Assembly: GCA_051294905.1 (NCBI GenBank)
Contig: CM119372.1
Location: 28,026,001 to 28,090,000, forward strand
Direction of reading: 5' to 3'
DNA length: 64,000 nt
Source of the DNA: Botryllus schlosseri
Lineage: Eukaryota
Part shown: positions 1 to 12,131 of the stretch, in pieces
Position numbering within the stretch: position 1 is the first letter of the stretch
Layout: every line of letters starts with the position of its first letter
Position numbers and translations under genes: made by a program
Notes under the pieces: model-generated
Database searches by the model: none
What the model was told of the DNA's origin: nothing
Seen by the model: the letters and a program-made list of their open reading frames with translations, nothing else

Positions 1-1270
1 TTTGGAATTGAATTAGATTGTGTTGATATAGGGTAGCCTAATTGAGGGCGAAACTGAGCAACCTATACTGCATCCAAGTCTGTCTTAGGCAGTGCAGTTC
101 GCCAGCTATTAACAACAGCTAGCGCACCGAGCTTTAGGCTACTGCCAACGCTATGAATTAATGAATGACTTATAGACGTGGGAATTGCTCTAAACCTGCA
201 AAGAATATCAAAAATTTGCTCAAATGAACTTGAAATCAGCCTATCCTCCATTGAGCGCGACTGCTGGAGTTTGAATTTGGAGAGCTTTCTTGAATACGAA
301 ATAAAGTTTTATCTTCAACAATCGTCTTCCCAGAATGGTTGTGAAACACATGTTTAGTCATAATTCATACAGACTTTGTCAATTTCTCGCCCCCCTGAGA
401 GCCTCCCGCGCCCCCCCCCCCCAGGTTGAGAACCACTGAACTAGAGGGATGATGTGAACCGATGAAAGGTTCTGGTTTGTGTGATCACGAGCCTTTAGAT
501 AAGGTTCGCTGTGAACGCGAACGTGAACGTGAATACGATCCTCTGACGTCACATGACGTCACGTGACGCTACAATTCCTATTTCAAATATCACATTTTCA
601 GAAGGAAATTGCTGTGCAGGTGGACATTGTACCATTTTTAAAAGACAAAATAGATAAGTTTTCAAAACAAAATAATACCCTATTGCCACTCTGTCGTTCA
701 GAAGTATCAAATCTGGATAGACACGCTGGAGCTCGTGAACTCTCCCTGACTACATTCACGTATGTGATGTTACAGCTTGATCACTATCCCGAATGGTGTG
801 CAGCTTGGTTAAATCGTCCTCTTATATTTGTAATTTTGCTGGCAGGTTTTCCGAATTCGTCTTCTCGCAGCTTCAGCCGAATGACTGCATGCTTACTGCT
901 TATGTCATTTTCCTGACTTAAATTAACCCATGTTATATCGACTTTATTATGAATAGGCTACATATTACGCCAGGTATCGGTTACCCCTGGCACGCGCGCC
1001 AAATGTGGCACGCAAGATAATTTTTCATGGCACGCTAAATGAGTTGATGTGCATTATTATATTCACGTTTCTCACAACAAGTGAAACAAAAGTTTTTAAA
1101 ATTTAAAAAGCTCGAAGGTGAATACAAATTATTTCGTACAGGAACATGAAGTAGCCTAGGGTCTTTTGGGACCGATTTTATTTTTGTTCAAAATTTTCTT
1201 CGCACTTCCCATGTATAATCTATATTTGGCCAAGGGGCTGTAAAAAGCGCAGGTCTTCCCTACGCTGATG

Positions 1271-2221
1271 CAGTGTTGGGATCAAGTCACTACCTTCGAG
1301 TCACGAGTCATTTCGAGTCATTGCAGTTTTTGACTCGAGTCAAGTCAAGTCAATTGATTTTCGAAGGTGACTCGAGTCAAGTCAAGTCACTCCATTTTTG
1401 GAGGCGACTCGAGTCAAGTCAAGTCACGAGTCAAGTCACAATTCAAGTCAATTTGCCTTTTCGAAGTATGAGGCATGATTACGTCATTGCATTTTGCTAG
1501 CTGTCTGAATTACAGATTGAGTGGCCAATGATTCTGAATCGATGAACGCATATAGACGTAAATGTACCCGCAGGCGTTGTATCGCTCAATATACGTAGAA
1601 CTGGTAAACTACTTAAGTAATTGCATAGCCTCAGTTATTAGTTACTAGCCAAAATAGAGAATAGAGAAACGACTTGATAAGATGCAATGCATTACCCATT
1701 TATAAATATTGATATGATACAATTCGAGTCTGCGCCAATGGTTTAGGAGTATAGAAACTATATCATATTTCAATTTCAATAAAACAAGAGGTTTGGTTGA
1801 GGTAAGAACAGAAAACATAAATATATATCTTGCTGTTAAATTACTTTACTACTAGTTGCTTACTAGAGCTGTAGGCTTCGATCACTTCTTTAGTGGTCAA
1901 TTTATTTGCGAGAGAACAATGGAGGCTCGGTAAAACGCACGATCATTAATGTTTGGTCGCTCTCACGGTTTACTCCGCCGTTTCGCGAACAATCCGAACA
2001 TATGCGAGATGCAGTGATTTTTATCGATACCGATTACTTGATGACTTGAAATTGACTCGTGAATTTTGCCTCGAGTCACGAGTCGATCCACATTTCTGAT
2101 TAGCCGAGTCAAGTCAAGTCAAGTCATTTTAGCGAGGTGACTCGAGTCAAGTCAAGTCATACGAAAAAGTTGACTCGAGTCTGACTCGAGTCAAGTCACG
2201 ACTCGAGTCATCCAAACACTG
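1271..2221 (+). mobile_element. Non-autonomous hAT-type element, family A (GAGTC/AAGTC subterminal repeats)
   Basis: TIR CAGTGTTGGGAT / ATCCAAACACTG; TSD cgctgatg/cggtgatg (1 mismatch); colinear with 59209-60148. Confidence 0.9.
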
Positions 2222-2394
2222 CGGTGATGTACAAGCCTTCGGAGAACCCCTAATTTTCAGTGAGTCACAAAACAGAAGTCTACCACATGTGTGCGTACCA
2301 TATGTGTTATTGTAATCTGTATAGGACTACCAGTAAAGCTACTCAGGCAGACTTGTGTAAACTACCCATTTAGTTAGTTATTGAATGTCAACTA

Positions 2395-2610
2395 ACTAAC
2401 GTTTTTTGAGTAGTTCTAGTACTAGTTCTAGTTGCTGGTTTTGAAAATTGAGTATAGTTGTAATTCTACTTCTTGTTGCTGATTTTGAAAATTGGCTAGT
2501 TCTAGTTGCGGATTTTGAAAATCGTATAGTTCATAGTTGTAGTTGTGTTTGCGAGTTTTGAAAATTGAGTAGTTCTAGTTCTAGCCATAAGTTGCGCTTT
2601 TCGAAAATCC
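2395..2610. repeat. Degenerate tandem array (TTTTGAAAATT...TAGTTCTAGTT units), probably a transposon subterminal region
   Basis: About five imperfect recurrences of ttttgaaaat(t) separated by AGTT/CTAGT-rich spacers. Confidence 0.55.
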
Positions 2611-3325
2611 AGCATTTAGTATAAGTCCGAAACTGTTCCAACGCACAGTTACCGGCATGGCACACAGCGCCAAACGATTAGTCTGAGATATTATTCGTCC
2701 GGTACCGGAAGAATAGCCACTGTAATGTTTAAAAGCTCACTGGTAATAATCTGACGAATATTGATAAATGCTGCTATTTGATACATATTTAGAGCAGGTT
2801 CGCGGGCTACTCAGCTGGTCCTCGCAGGTTGCTGGTGACCCCTGCTCTATATCTATTGAGGGATATAGTGTTGATTGTGATTCAACGAGCGACTTCCGAA
2901 ACAATGCTCAAAAGATATCGTGTTTCGACATGCAGCCCGAGATGGATTCAGACATTTGAAATGCACATATAATGCACCATCGTGGAACCCAGAACTCAGA
3001 ATGCTTTGGGAAGAAGCAGACTGATTTGAAAATCGGCTCCAAAAATTGCAATCCGAGTTTCGAGTCGTTTCATACTTCTCATTGATCGGATCCAAGGCAA
3101 GTCTAGTCATTTAAAAAACGAGACCATAGTCAAGGCATTCCTCGAGACATCCTAACACTGCTTACAAGCTATTTGTAATGCATTTATTCCATGGGAAAGT
3201 TTAAAGAAAATTTGACAAAATCTCAAAGAGCGCTATAAAAGTTACGTAAGTGTTAATACCAGTGGTGGCATTCGAATGTTCTCGGTTTTTTTACACGTCA
3301 TTGATTGTAACCGGTAGTGCTAAAC

Positions 3326-4636
3326 CAGTGTTTCCCAAACTTTTTTGAGCTACCACCCCTGGGCAACGAATAAAGTGCCCCCCTCCGACCCCCCTCACCA
3401 CGCCTAAATCAAACGAGAGTTATTACAGCTAATAATGAGACGGATTAAGCTGGTGTATTATTATCATCATCCTCGTCATATTGGGTTTGACTTTGGATAA
3501 GAACAATCTCATTCTAAAATCTCAAGTCTCCACGTCCCGTACTGCCAAGTCGGTTTCTGCTGTGGGACAATGAAAACACGTTCGATCAAATATGAACGGG
3601 GAAGGGCAACGACAAAAAAGTCTACCCGACTCCAGTGAGAGTATTTCTATTTGATTCAATCGTGTATCCAGAACGATTGATTGGAGATATTGAACTTCAG
3701 TAAGAACTCAAAATTGTTCTACCTACACTACAGTCTAATAAGCTCTATCATCCCATGCTCGGAAACTTTACAGAATGAATTGATAATTCGGAAAGGTCTT
3801 TCTAATTGGAATATATCCGCGAATCAAATCCCCATATCATTGTGCAGTTTTCTAAGATGATTGATTTATGCTTCTCCGTCAAAATCGGGAATTCGAGCTG
3901 GACCGCTAGCTCATGTAAGCTTGTGAATTGGAACAGTTCCGTTCTCGTACAATTTCGGTGAAATATCACGGGCTTATCATTGAATCCGGGCAGTGCCGTT
4001 TTCATCTTTTTCAGGTTTCATTATTACTAAGAACGGAAATATTCCGCTCATAAATTCTGGAGAATATGCCCGTCAAGTAGGCCTAGAAGGGATATAGTTT
4101 TTCGCAAATATGACGTCGTGTCGAAGATCTCGGTCGCAGCACCGTAGATAGTCCACGATCGTTTGAAGCAGAGATTAAACTCACTCAAGACATTTCCTCT
4201 GAAAAAGTCATCACACCTTGCAGTGAGCAATAACTGCTTAAGTGATCAAGTACCTCTTGTCACAGCTCTCAATGAGCCACGCTTTCTACGGAATCTGCCA
4301 ACTGCTAAATTGGTCCATTGATGGGCAGGATCAGCATTGGTAAGTAACAATCATGGACTTTACCGATGCAGCTGATTAAATAGACAGCCGACCCTAAACT
4401 GCCCTGAATGAATCGATTTTGCATTTCTGCTGCATATATAGTAGCTTTATTCATCAATCGTTTCAACACTATGCAGTAGTTGCCTTCAAAACCTACACCG
4501 CCACCGTTTTCTCTCAGCGCCCCCCACAGCTCAATGTTATAGCCAGCGCCCCTCAATCGCCAATTTCATGGCCAGCACCCCCTTCAAGCTCTTGAACGCC
4601 TTCAGGGGGTGATGCCGTCCACTTTGGAAACCACTG
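3326..4636. mobile_element. hAT (Buster-type) non-autonomous element
   Basis: TIR CAGTGTTTCCCAAA / TTTGGAAACCACTG; TSD tgctaaac/tgctaacc. Confidence 0.8.
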
Positions 4637-4879
4637 TGCTAACCAGATCGCTTTTCTCATAAAATTTCGTGAGACGGTTTGATAGAATGAGGCCCGCGGC
4701 GCGATTCGGAGCTGCCCGCGAACATAGAACATAAAATCTTCTTTTGAATATCAAGTGTTAATCCCATTTTTGATATACGATATGTTCATTTGAATTCTCT
4801 ACAATAGTTCTGACGATTACCCCTGACGAGTGTCAGCCGAAAATATTCGGGTTCATTACAATATGAATATACTATTCAA

Positions 4880-6366
4880 TAGCGTGGAGGGAAAATAGGA
4901 AATGTATGAATTTCAAAACGGACACTTGATATGTCGTGCCAAATATCAAAAAAATAATTTCTGTAATAATTTTGGGCTCGTGCACTCTCTAGTGGTCGTG
5001 CAATTTCACCGAACGAGCCAAAAATAGCTAATTTCACTATATATTGATGACCGCTTACGACAGAAAGCCAATTTTGGGCTTAAAAGATGCGGAAGCAACA
5101 CGTTTCCATCTCACTTCCACATAACTTTGTCTTAAAAACGAAAATAAAAAAGGTTGCAAGCAAATTATTGATTTTTTGACCGTTTTCAGGTAACATCAGG
5201 CACTGAAGCAGTGGATACGATGCCAAAAGGGTGTAGTGATTGATCGTATGACTAACGACATAGAACATGTCGAATTTTGAGGTTCTTTGTGGGACAGAGT
5301 CATCCATCAAGCAATCAAAATTATCTTGCTCAATTCCGCGTGGAGGCTTATTTTCCATCATGGTTCGAAATCAAAATGCAAAATTCCATTGTTGTTGGTG
5401 CTAGAATCCGGAAAATGTTGATGAAGGCCTCAGAAGACTTGCAGTTATCAAGATTACGACTATCAGCAGATCAAACAGAACACCAGATTCCTATTGGCGA
5501 CTTTGAAGGAGGATATGTAAATGAACCGAAACTTAAAAACAACGTTGACACTAGAATCAGATTGTTTAAAATCCCAATTATAAACATCAAGGCCAAATCA
5601 TACCACCAAATTGTCAACTTGAATCTAAAAGATATGGAACAGCTACCAGCAATCAAAAAACTCGTCATATCTCAAGCTGGAAAATCTATGGTCATCACCA
5701 TTAATGCTCAATCATTCTTGGCACAACCAGGCAGTGGAAAGAGACGTTAAATTGGTGACCGAAGCTTCTGCCCATTTGTCGGGATTTAAACGTAGAGATG
5801 ACCTCATTAGACGAACATCTGAAGTCTCGATGGCAAATGAAATCCTTTAATACGAAACAAGATTTCAAAGTTTGTTCAGGCTAATACTCTGGTAATGAAA
5901 CCATCTTCGAAATATATCTTTTTTCAATATCGAATTGATGTTTTTGTGTTTTCAATACGGATTTGCAATTTATGTGCTTGCAATATGGAGTTGTTAGTCA
6001 TAAGATCAATCACTACATGCTTTTAGCATCATACCCATTGCTTCAGTGCCTAATTTTACCTAAAAACAGTTAAAAATCAATAATTTGCTTGTAAATTTTT
6101 TATGTTCATTTTTAAGACAAAATTCTGTAGAAGTGAGATAGAAACTTGTTGCTTCCGCATCTTTTAAGCCCAAAATTAGCTTTCTAGCGTAAGCGGTCAT
6201 CAATATATAGCGAAATTTGCTATTTTGGCACGTTCGGTGAAATTGCACGACCACTAGAGGGTGCACGAGCCCAAAATTATTATGGAAATCATTTTTATAA
6301 TATTTGGCACCACATATCAAGTGGTCGTTTTAAAATTCAAAATTCTCCATTTTACACAACACCCTG
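4880..6366 (+). mobile_element. hATm-like transposon deletion derivative with ~375-bp inverted ends and a transposase C-terminal relic
   Basis: Perfect TSD CTATTCAA; ~4880-5257 is the reverse complement of ~5990-6366. Internal 5277-5870 encodes a frameshifted YFPSWFEIK...HNQAVERDVKLVTEAS. Confidence 0.85.
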
Positions 6367-6885
6367 CTATTCAATTGTATTTTGAATATCAATCCGTGGA
6401 CTAAAATCATAGGCTGAATAAACTTGACAGGACATTGATTCCTTATGTAGCCAGTTTACTTATTTGTCGCGATTACGTAGCCTATATGCACGTCATACGA
6501 GTAATCCACAATCAAAACAAAGCCAATGTAGAAAAGTGTGTCGTAACAATTCAACTCACAAGAAGTCACTGTTGCCATGAGTATAGTACAAATCTTATTC
6601 GTTGTTATTGTCACATTTACACGCTCTGTGCCTCAAATTGTCACGTGTTTCGTTTCCGAATCCCTGATTCATTACCAAGTCAATCAGTGGTCGTGATCAC
6701 CAGTGATCATCACCCATAAACGATGAACGGTTGGACATGTCAAAGACTGAAACGTGAGGGCCGACGGCCGAAATTCCAAGAAGATTTCTTTACCCGCGGG
6801 TGTGAAGTGAATCCGTCCTTCTAGTTTGTGGCGAGCAGGCTGCCGTGGATTATAATTTAAGTCAATATTATGACAAAAAACACGA

Positions 6886-7030
6886 AGTCGACTCCAGAAC
6901 TCCTACCCAAGTGTTGGGGGTTTATCTAGGCTCTTCCTCGCCATCTCATCCACGTAAGCGGCGTCTTACGAAAAGCCTAGAAGTGGGCCGTGCTACAGAT
7001 CGGCAGTTCCAGAATAAAAATAAAGAACAT
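6886..7030 (+). mobile_element. SINE copy (5'-truncated), shared-core family
   Basis: GTCGACTCCAGAA.TCCTACC.AAGTGTTGG.GGTTTATCTAGGCTC and the A-rich tail match 24925-25130 on -. Confidence 0.7.
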
Positions 7031-7220
7031 CGTCGGCCTGGTATAAATGACCAGAGTAGTCAACAAACCCCATCAATACCACCAAACACACGAGGATAGG
7101 CAGTCGGCTAAGGGAGGGTGAAATTTGAAAGCAGTGCTGGTTTCCATCAACACAAGGCTATTCACCAAGCTGCACCACTGCTCGGGTGGCAGCGACCAAG
7201 ACAAGCTTAGTAGCAGACAT

Positions 7221-7375
7221 GGGGTGATTACTTCATGAATGTAATCGATTGCGATTACGATTACTTATGAATCACGCGATTACGATTACGATTACGATTA
7301 CAACAAAATCACGAAGTAGTCGATTACGATTACGATTACATTGGAAAAATAATCACGATTACTTACGATTACATT
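7221..7375 (+). repeat. (GATTAC)n array, probably the orphan end of a hAT-type MITE
   Basis: More than ten GATTAC units after TGGGGTGATTAC; no partner end found. Confidence 0.65.
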
Positions 7376-8677
7376 TATTTTGCTTCTTAGAACTAATCAT
7401 AGAATATATATTGAAGACAATATAAGGATTGCGATGAAAAGGCCTAATGGGATGACAACTTTCTTTATAAATGAAACGTCATTTCTTGTTACGTCATAAT
7501 GTAGGTCCATTGCCCAACTTTATATGGGACGACATATTGCACCTAACAATTTGCATTCTTGCCAGGTCCGTAAATGGGCACCCCAAATTCCCCAATAAGC
7601 TGGGGAGGCATCTCGAAGGGGACTCAATAGTATTTCGTAAATCAACATAAATTATACAGTATCTTCGAGAGATTTAATCAACTTTAAAATTTTCTTCGAG
7701 CTTCACGATTTGACGTTCTCTATAGATAGCTTGGTTTAGAAATGCATACCTCTCCTCCTCAAAAAAAGCATGCATAATTTATTGGAATAGGCATTTCTGT
7801 ACCGGTCATCACCGGGCCACGACACACCCAAAGATATATGCAGTTTTGGCCAAAATGCGACTCCGGGAAGTGTGCTACCAAAGAAAGACCTTAGCAGAAA
7901 CTTTGGGTATCTGTCCATTGTCAATAGCCCCCCAATACAAATGCCACCCGGGGCCAGGGCCTAAACAGCACTTCGTTATCCTCTCTCTGCCCACGTAATC
8001 AGATTTACCGGTGGAGATGTGTGAGGTATTGTCTTTGAATGTAGATAATAATTAGACATGTTCGGGCTGGACTGTTGCTATAATGACTTCGTTACATGAT
8101 GTTTTTTGTCAAATCTATTGAAATCGCCCAAACGTACTAAACTAAAAGACGCACACGATTTCAAATTGCTATTTCTCCACTGGTAAATAATTTTGGCATT
8201 TGCCTTGTGGAGTAGGCTACAGATTGCAAGGACATGAACATTCGGCACAAGCCATTTAGGCGCCTATGGACAATTAAACGTATATGTATATTGCATATAT
8301 ATCGATGTTTTCGGTCAGCTTGAGGGCAGTCCTTTTCGGCGAGAAAGGGCAATAAACGGCTCTGTTCTGATATATATCAGCGGTTTTTTAGTTTTATTGC
8401 TTCGTTGTGGAAATCGTAATGTTTCATTCGGCGAGTAGGCCTACAAAAATTCAAATCTTTTTAATTAAATTATACGCAGGCCTACGTTAACGTCGTACAT
8501 ATGTCTACTGCTTGCCAAACAGCAACGATCAAACTTCGTTTAACTAAGCATAACGAAACATCAATGCGAAAGTTCCTGTTTAAAACTGTAAGCAGAGTCG
8601 TGATTATTATCCAGATATACAGTATACGTCGGATGTCGGGTGTTCTTACAATCTCGCTAATGTACAGTACAACATGT

Positions 8678-9055
8678 CAGTGTTGGGATCAAGTCACTGC
8701 CTTCGAGTCACGAGTCATTTCGAGTCATTGCATATTTTGACTCGAGTCAAGTCAAGTCAATCGATTTTCAAAGGTGACTCTTTCTTGCGTGTATATTTAA
8801 CTCTATATTCGTTCATCAGTTCAAAATGAATCACTCCATCTGTACCCCAGACAGCCAACAAAATGCAATGACGTTATCATGACCCATACTTCGAAAAGGC
8901 AACTTGACTTGAATTGTGACTTGACTCGTGACTTGACTTGACTTGACTCGACTTGACTCGAGTCACCACCAAAAATCGAGTGACTTGACTTGACTCGAGT
9001 CAAAATGCCTCGAGATGACTTGTGACTCGAAGGTTGTGACTTGATCCCAACACTG
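8678..9055. mobile_element. Family A chimera: two left ends fused in inverted orientation
   Basis: Both termini read CAGTGTTGGGATCAAGTCAC inward; junction near 8780; flanks caacatgt/ctacatta are not a TSD. Confidence 0.8.
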
Positions 9056-9337
9056 CTACATTATATGGAAACATATTTATTTTGCATTTGATGAAGACCA
9101 TGCGCATGAGGTCTGAAGTGAAAAAGAATGACAAAAAAGGGAAAGTTGTGCAACCGGAATCATGTGGACCTATAACGGAATTTGGTTGCTTCCAATATTT
9201 ATACGGAGAAATATGCGTGATGATTATATCTAGAGTTGGTCGAAGTAATCAGCGTTTCTACTCAAGTGGAAATAGATGTAAGGCCGTAAATCTATACGTA
9301 CCAAAGAAATTACCGATTTCCGATGCATGTATAAGCT

Positions 9338-9623
9338 TAGGATTACCATTTTTTGGGGTCCGGAAAGGAGGACACTTTCACAAATCATCGAAGGCCGTTT
9401 TCTCACACAGACCCACGGATGACCCACTTTTATAATGAAAATACAGATTTCACGTCATTTATGGCGTTTTTTTTTGTTGAGGATGTTCAGTGGTCTGCCT
9501 GTCACAGCTTAAAGGAGAGCGAATTGTCAAAAAGAAGGCGTTTTAGGCGTTCTCGGAGGATATTTTCGATTTCCTGAAAATGAGGGGGGCAAATCCCCTA
9601 AAGGAGTACATATGGTAACCATG
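9338..9623 (+). mobile_element. Old MITE related to family D (GAGGAC motifs)
   Basis: TAGGATTACCAT...ATGGTAACC ends; similar to 40410-40757 on the opposite strand. Confidence 0.6.
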
Positions 9624-10586
9624 AGCATACGTAAATCGGCTGCAACTGTCTCTGACGAGGACGCGTGCGAGAGAGAGAGAGAGAGTGGAAGTCGTGGATG
9701 AGCGTGTGACTGGAAGTCGTCCGCAAAAATCGTACCGCAAGCAAAGACCAAGAAAAGGACAATATTCCATGATCGGGCGCAAATGACCTTATCGGCGATA
9801 AGCGCCAAACAATTGTTCAATAAAATACAATATGGTAAACATATCCAATCTACTCCTAGCGGAAGTAGAAAATAAAAGGTATGACAAGTACTCCATTAGT
9901 GAGTAATTTCAAAATGAGTGCTTATTTGCAATTAATCGGAGATTTTACGCGGTTTCTATGGAAATTTCATCCATAAAAGTAATGCCGAATGATGCAAAAC
10001 CACGGCCTACGTTTGAAAATCCAAATTGTAAAATATATGTAGTTTTGGTTCGCAAAATGTTAGAGCAGCGATGTAGACTGTAGGTAGAGTCTTCAAGAGC
10101 CACATGAGTAAGTAGGGAAGAAAGAGTAGAAGTACTTTGCTACTCACCAACTCTTATTATATCTACTCACGCGTCGTGTCATTACAGAAGATATCAATAT
10201 ATATATAATTACAAATCTGACCAATTCAATTTATGCTGAGCCAGAAAAGCAGCGATATATTCCATCCATCCGGTGAAAAAATGATGGTCTTGTGATCGCC
10301 TCTTTCTATTTGGACAGTATGAACAATAAATACGCATCAGGTAGCATGTTATAGCCATATAAAAGCTATGAAACTTGGCAAATAACACATATATCAAAGC
10401 ATTCAGCTGTAAAGCAGTCCATAAAACGACTAATGGAATGAACTTCAATAGAGCCAATGTTAACTTTACCAGGTGATACTGTTCTGATGTTATATTACCA
10501 AACTGGAGAATTTACTGAACTGCCACTATACATGAGCGCATTTGAGTTTCAGCTCTATTACCGATTTACAAGCTCTCAGTGGAGAT

Positions 10587-12131
10587 ATGTATATGTTTTC
10601 AGTCATCGCATCATTGGGTTTAGTTTTCGCGATTTTGCATCGTATTTTCAATAAAATTGCAGAAGAAATTGAATTGCGCCGCAAACGAAGTGATGTGACT
10701 CGAGATATTCCGTGTGAACACTGTCACTGGTTTTATGGAAACGGAAGATATTTTTCAGCAGACGAGCAGGGATTCAAGAACGAGATCGATACAGTAATAA
10801 AGTACCCAACATGTTATCAAAGATGGTTCGGACCTTTTCGATTATTTGTAACCGGGCATCATTCCGACAGCGCAAAGGCACTTCTAAGCACTAACACGCC
10901 GAAGAATGAATTTCAGTTTTTTCGCCCGTGGATAGGCGATGGCTTGCTCACCAGTAACGGAGAAAAATGGAGACGAAGCAGGCGATTACTAACACCTTTA
11001 TTTCACTTCGAATGTTTGAAAAGATATCTGCCTTGCACGAACGATGTAGCAATGGATATGATGGATAGATGGAAGTCAGATATGGGAAGATCTAGATCCA
11101 GAAGCATCGAAATGTTTGAAGAAGTCAGTTCAGCGACGCTTGATAATTTATTGCGATGTCTGTTCTCGAAAACGTCAGGATGTCAAACTGGCGAGGCGAA
11201 AAGATATTTGAAAGCCGTGACGCGTATCACCCGATCAATAGTACAAAGAATTCGCAACCCATTCCATCACACAGACTTCTTATATTTCCTAAGCTCTGCA
11301 GGAAGAGAGTACCGAAGAGAGCTGAAAATTGCTCACGACTTCACCGAGAAAGCTATACGCGAAAGAGTCACTGAAATAAATATGAGCCCCGATTACAAAC
11401 CGTCGACCGAATATGACTTTCTTGACGTACTATTGATGGCAAAAGACGGAGATGACAGGGGGATGTCTTACAAAGAGATTCGAGACGAGCTTGATACATT
11501 TGTATTCGAAGGACATGACACAGTGACAAGTGGAATATCGTGGGCATTTTACAATCTAGCTTTATACCCAGAACAACAGGAGAGATGTCGGAATGAAGTA
11601 TTAAGCGTATTAGGCGGAGCAGAGCGCGTTGACTGGTGCCATTTGCCGAAACTCAGTCATCTCACCAAGTTCATCAAAGAAAGCATGCGTCTTTTCCCGC
11701 CGGTCACGGGGGTGGCCAGAATGACAAAAGAATCTACGATTTTGCCTCGTGGATTCGGAACAAATGACTTTGGTCCAGTAAATGATGAGGCAAGTCAAAA
11801 GGTCTTTCCGAAGAGCACCAGGATAACTGTGCGGATATTTGCCCTGCACCGCAACCCTAAATTATGGGAGAATCCAGAGGTTTTTGATCCTGAGCGATTT
11901 GATCCGGAAAACATGACAGGGAGGTCACCTCATGCATATGTGCCCTTCTCGTCAGGTCCAAGGAATTGCATTGGACAGAATTTCGCAATGAACGAGATGA
12001 AAGTACTGCTGGCGATTGCATTGACGAAGTTCAAGTTCAACATTGACACAAGCTATCCCCTTCCTAAGCTGGAGGATTCTGTCATATTGCGCTCAAAAAC
12101 GGGAATTCATCTAATGGTGGAAGCCTTATAA
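10587..12131 (+). CDS. CYP4: Cytochrome P450, CYP4 clan (CYP4B/4F-like), single coding exon, ~514 aa
   Basis: Uninterrupted ORF; first in-frame ATG at 10587 (the track starts it at an upstream TTG). It has an N-terminal hydrophobic anchor, C-helix KWRRSRR, I-helix DELDTFVFEGHDTVTSGISW (CYP4 signature), K-helix KESMR, FDPERF and heme motif PFSSGPRNCIG. Family level only; subfamily not assignable by eye. Confidence 0.95.
   Translation: MYMFSVIASLGLVFAILHRIFNKIAEEIELRRKRSDVTRDIPCEHCHWFYGNGRYFSADEQGFKNEIDTVIKYPTCYQRWFGPFRLFVTGHHSDSAKALLSTNTPKNEFQFFRPWIGDGLLTSNGEKWRRSRRLLTPLFHFECLKRYLPCTNDVAMDMMDRWKSDMGRSRSRSIEMFEEVSSATLDNLLRCLFSKTSGCQTGEAKRYLKAVTRITRSIVQRIRNPFHHTDFLYFLSSAGREYRRELKIAHDFTEKAIRERVTEINMSPDYKPSTEYDFLDVLLMAKDGDDRGMSYKEIRDELDTFVFEGHDTVTSGISWAFYNLALYPEQQERCRNEVLSVLGGAERVDWCHLPKLSHLTKFIKESMRLFPPVTGVARMTKESTILPRGFGTNDFGPVNDEASQKVFPKSTRITVRIFALHRNPKLWENPEVFDPERFDPENMTGRSPHAYVPFSSGPRNCIGQNFAMNEMKVLLAIALTKFKFNIDTSYPLPKLEDSVILRSKTGIHLMVEAL

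Noticed and set aside
1271..1450. CRISPR-like recurrence of GACTCGAGTCAAGTC with variable spacers
   Set aside because: Spacing is irregular, the arrays lie at the ends of TIR/TSD-bounded elements, there are no cas genes, and the context is eukaryotic with spliceosomal introns.
2850..2960. Short peptide YSVDCDSTSDFRNNAQ, echoed near 21045-21190
   Set aside because: Probably decayed hAT transposase catalytic-region fragments; too short and degraded to delimit as features.
10542..10586. TTG start for the CYP4 ORF
   Set aside because: This is a eukaryotic gene; ATG 10587 directly precedes the membrane anchor. A short upstream exon cannot be excluded.
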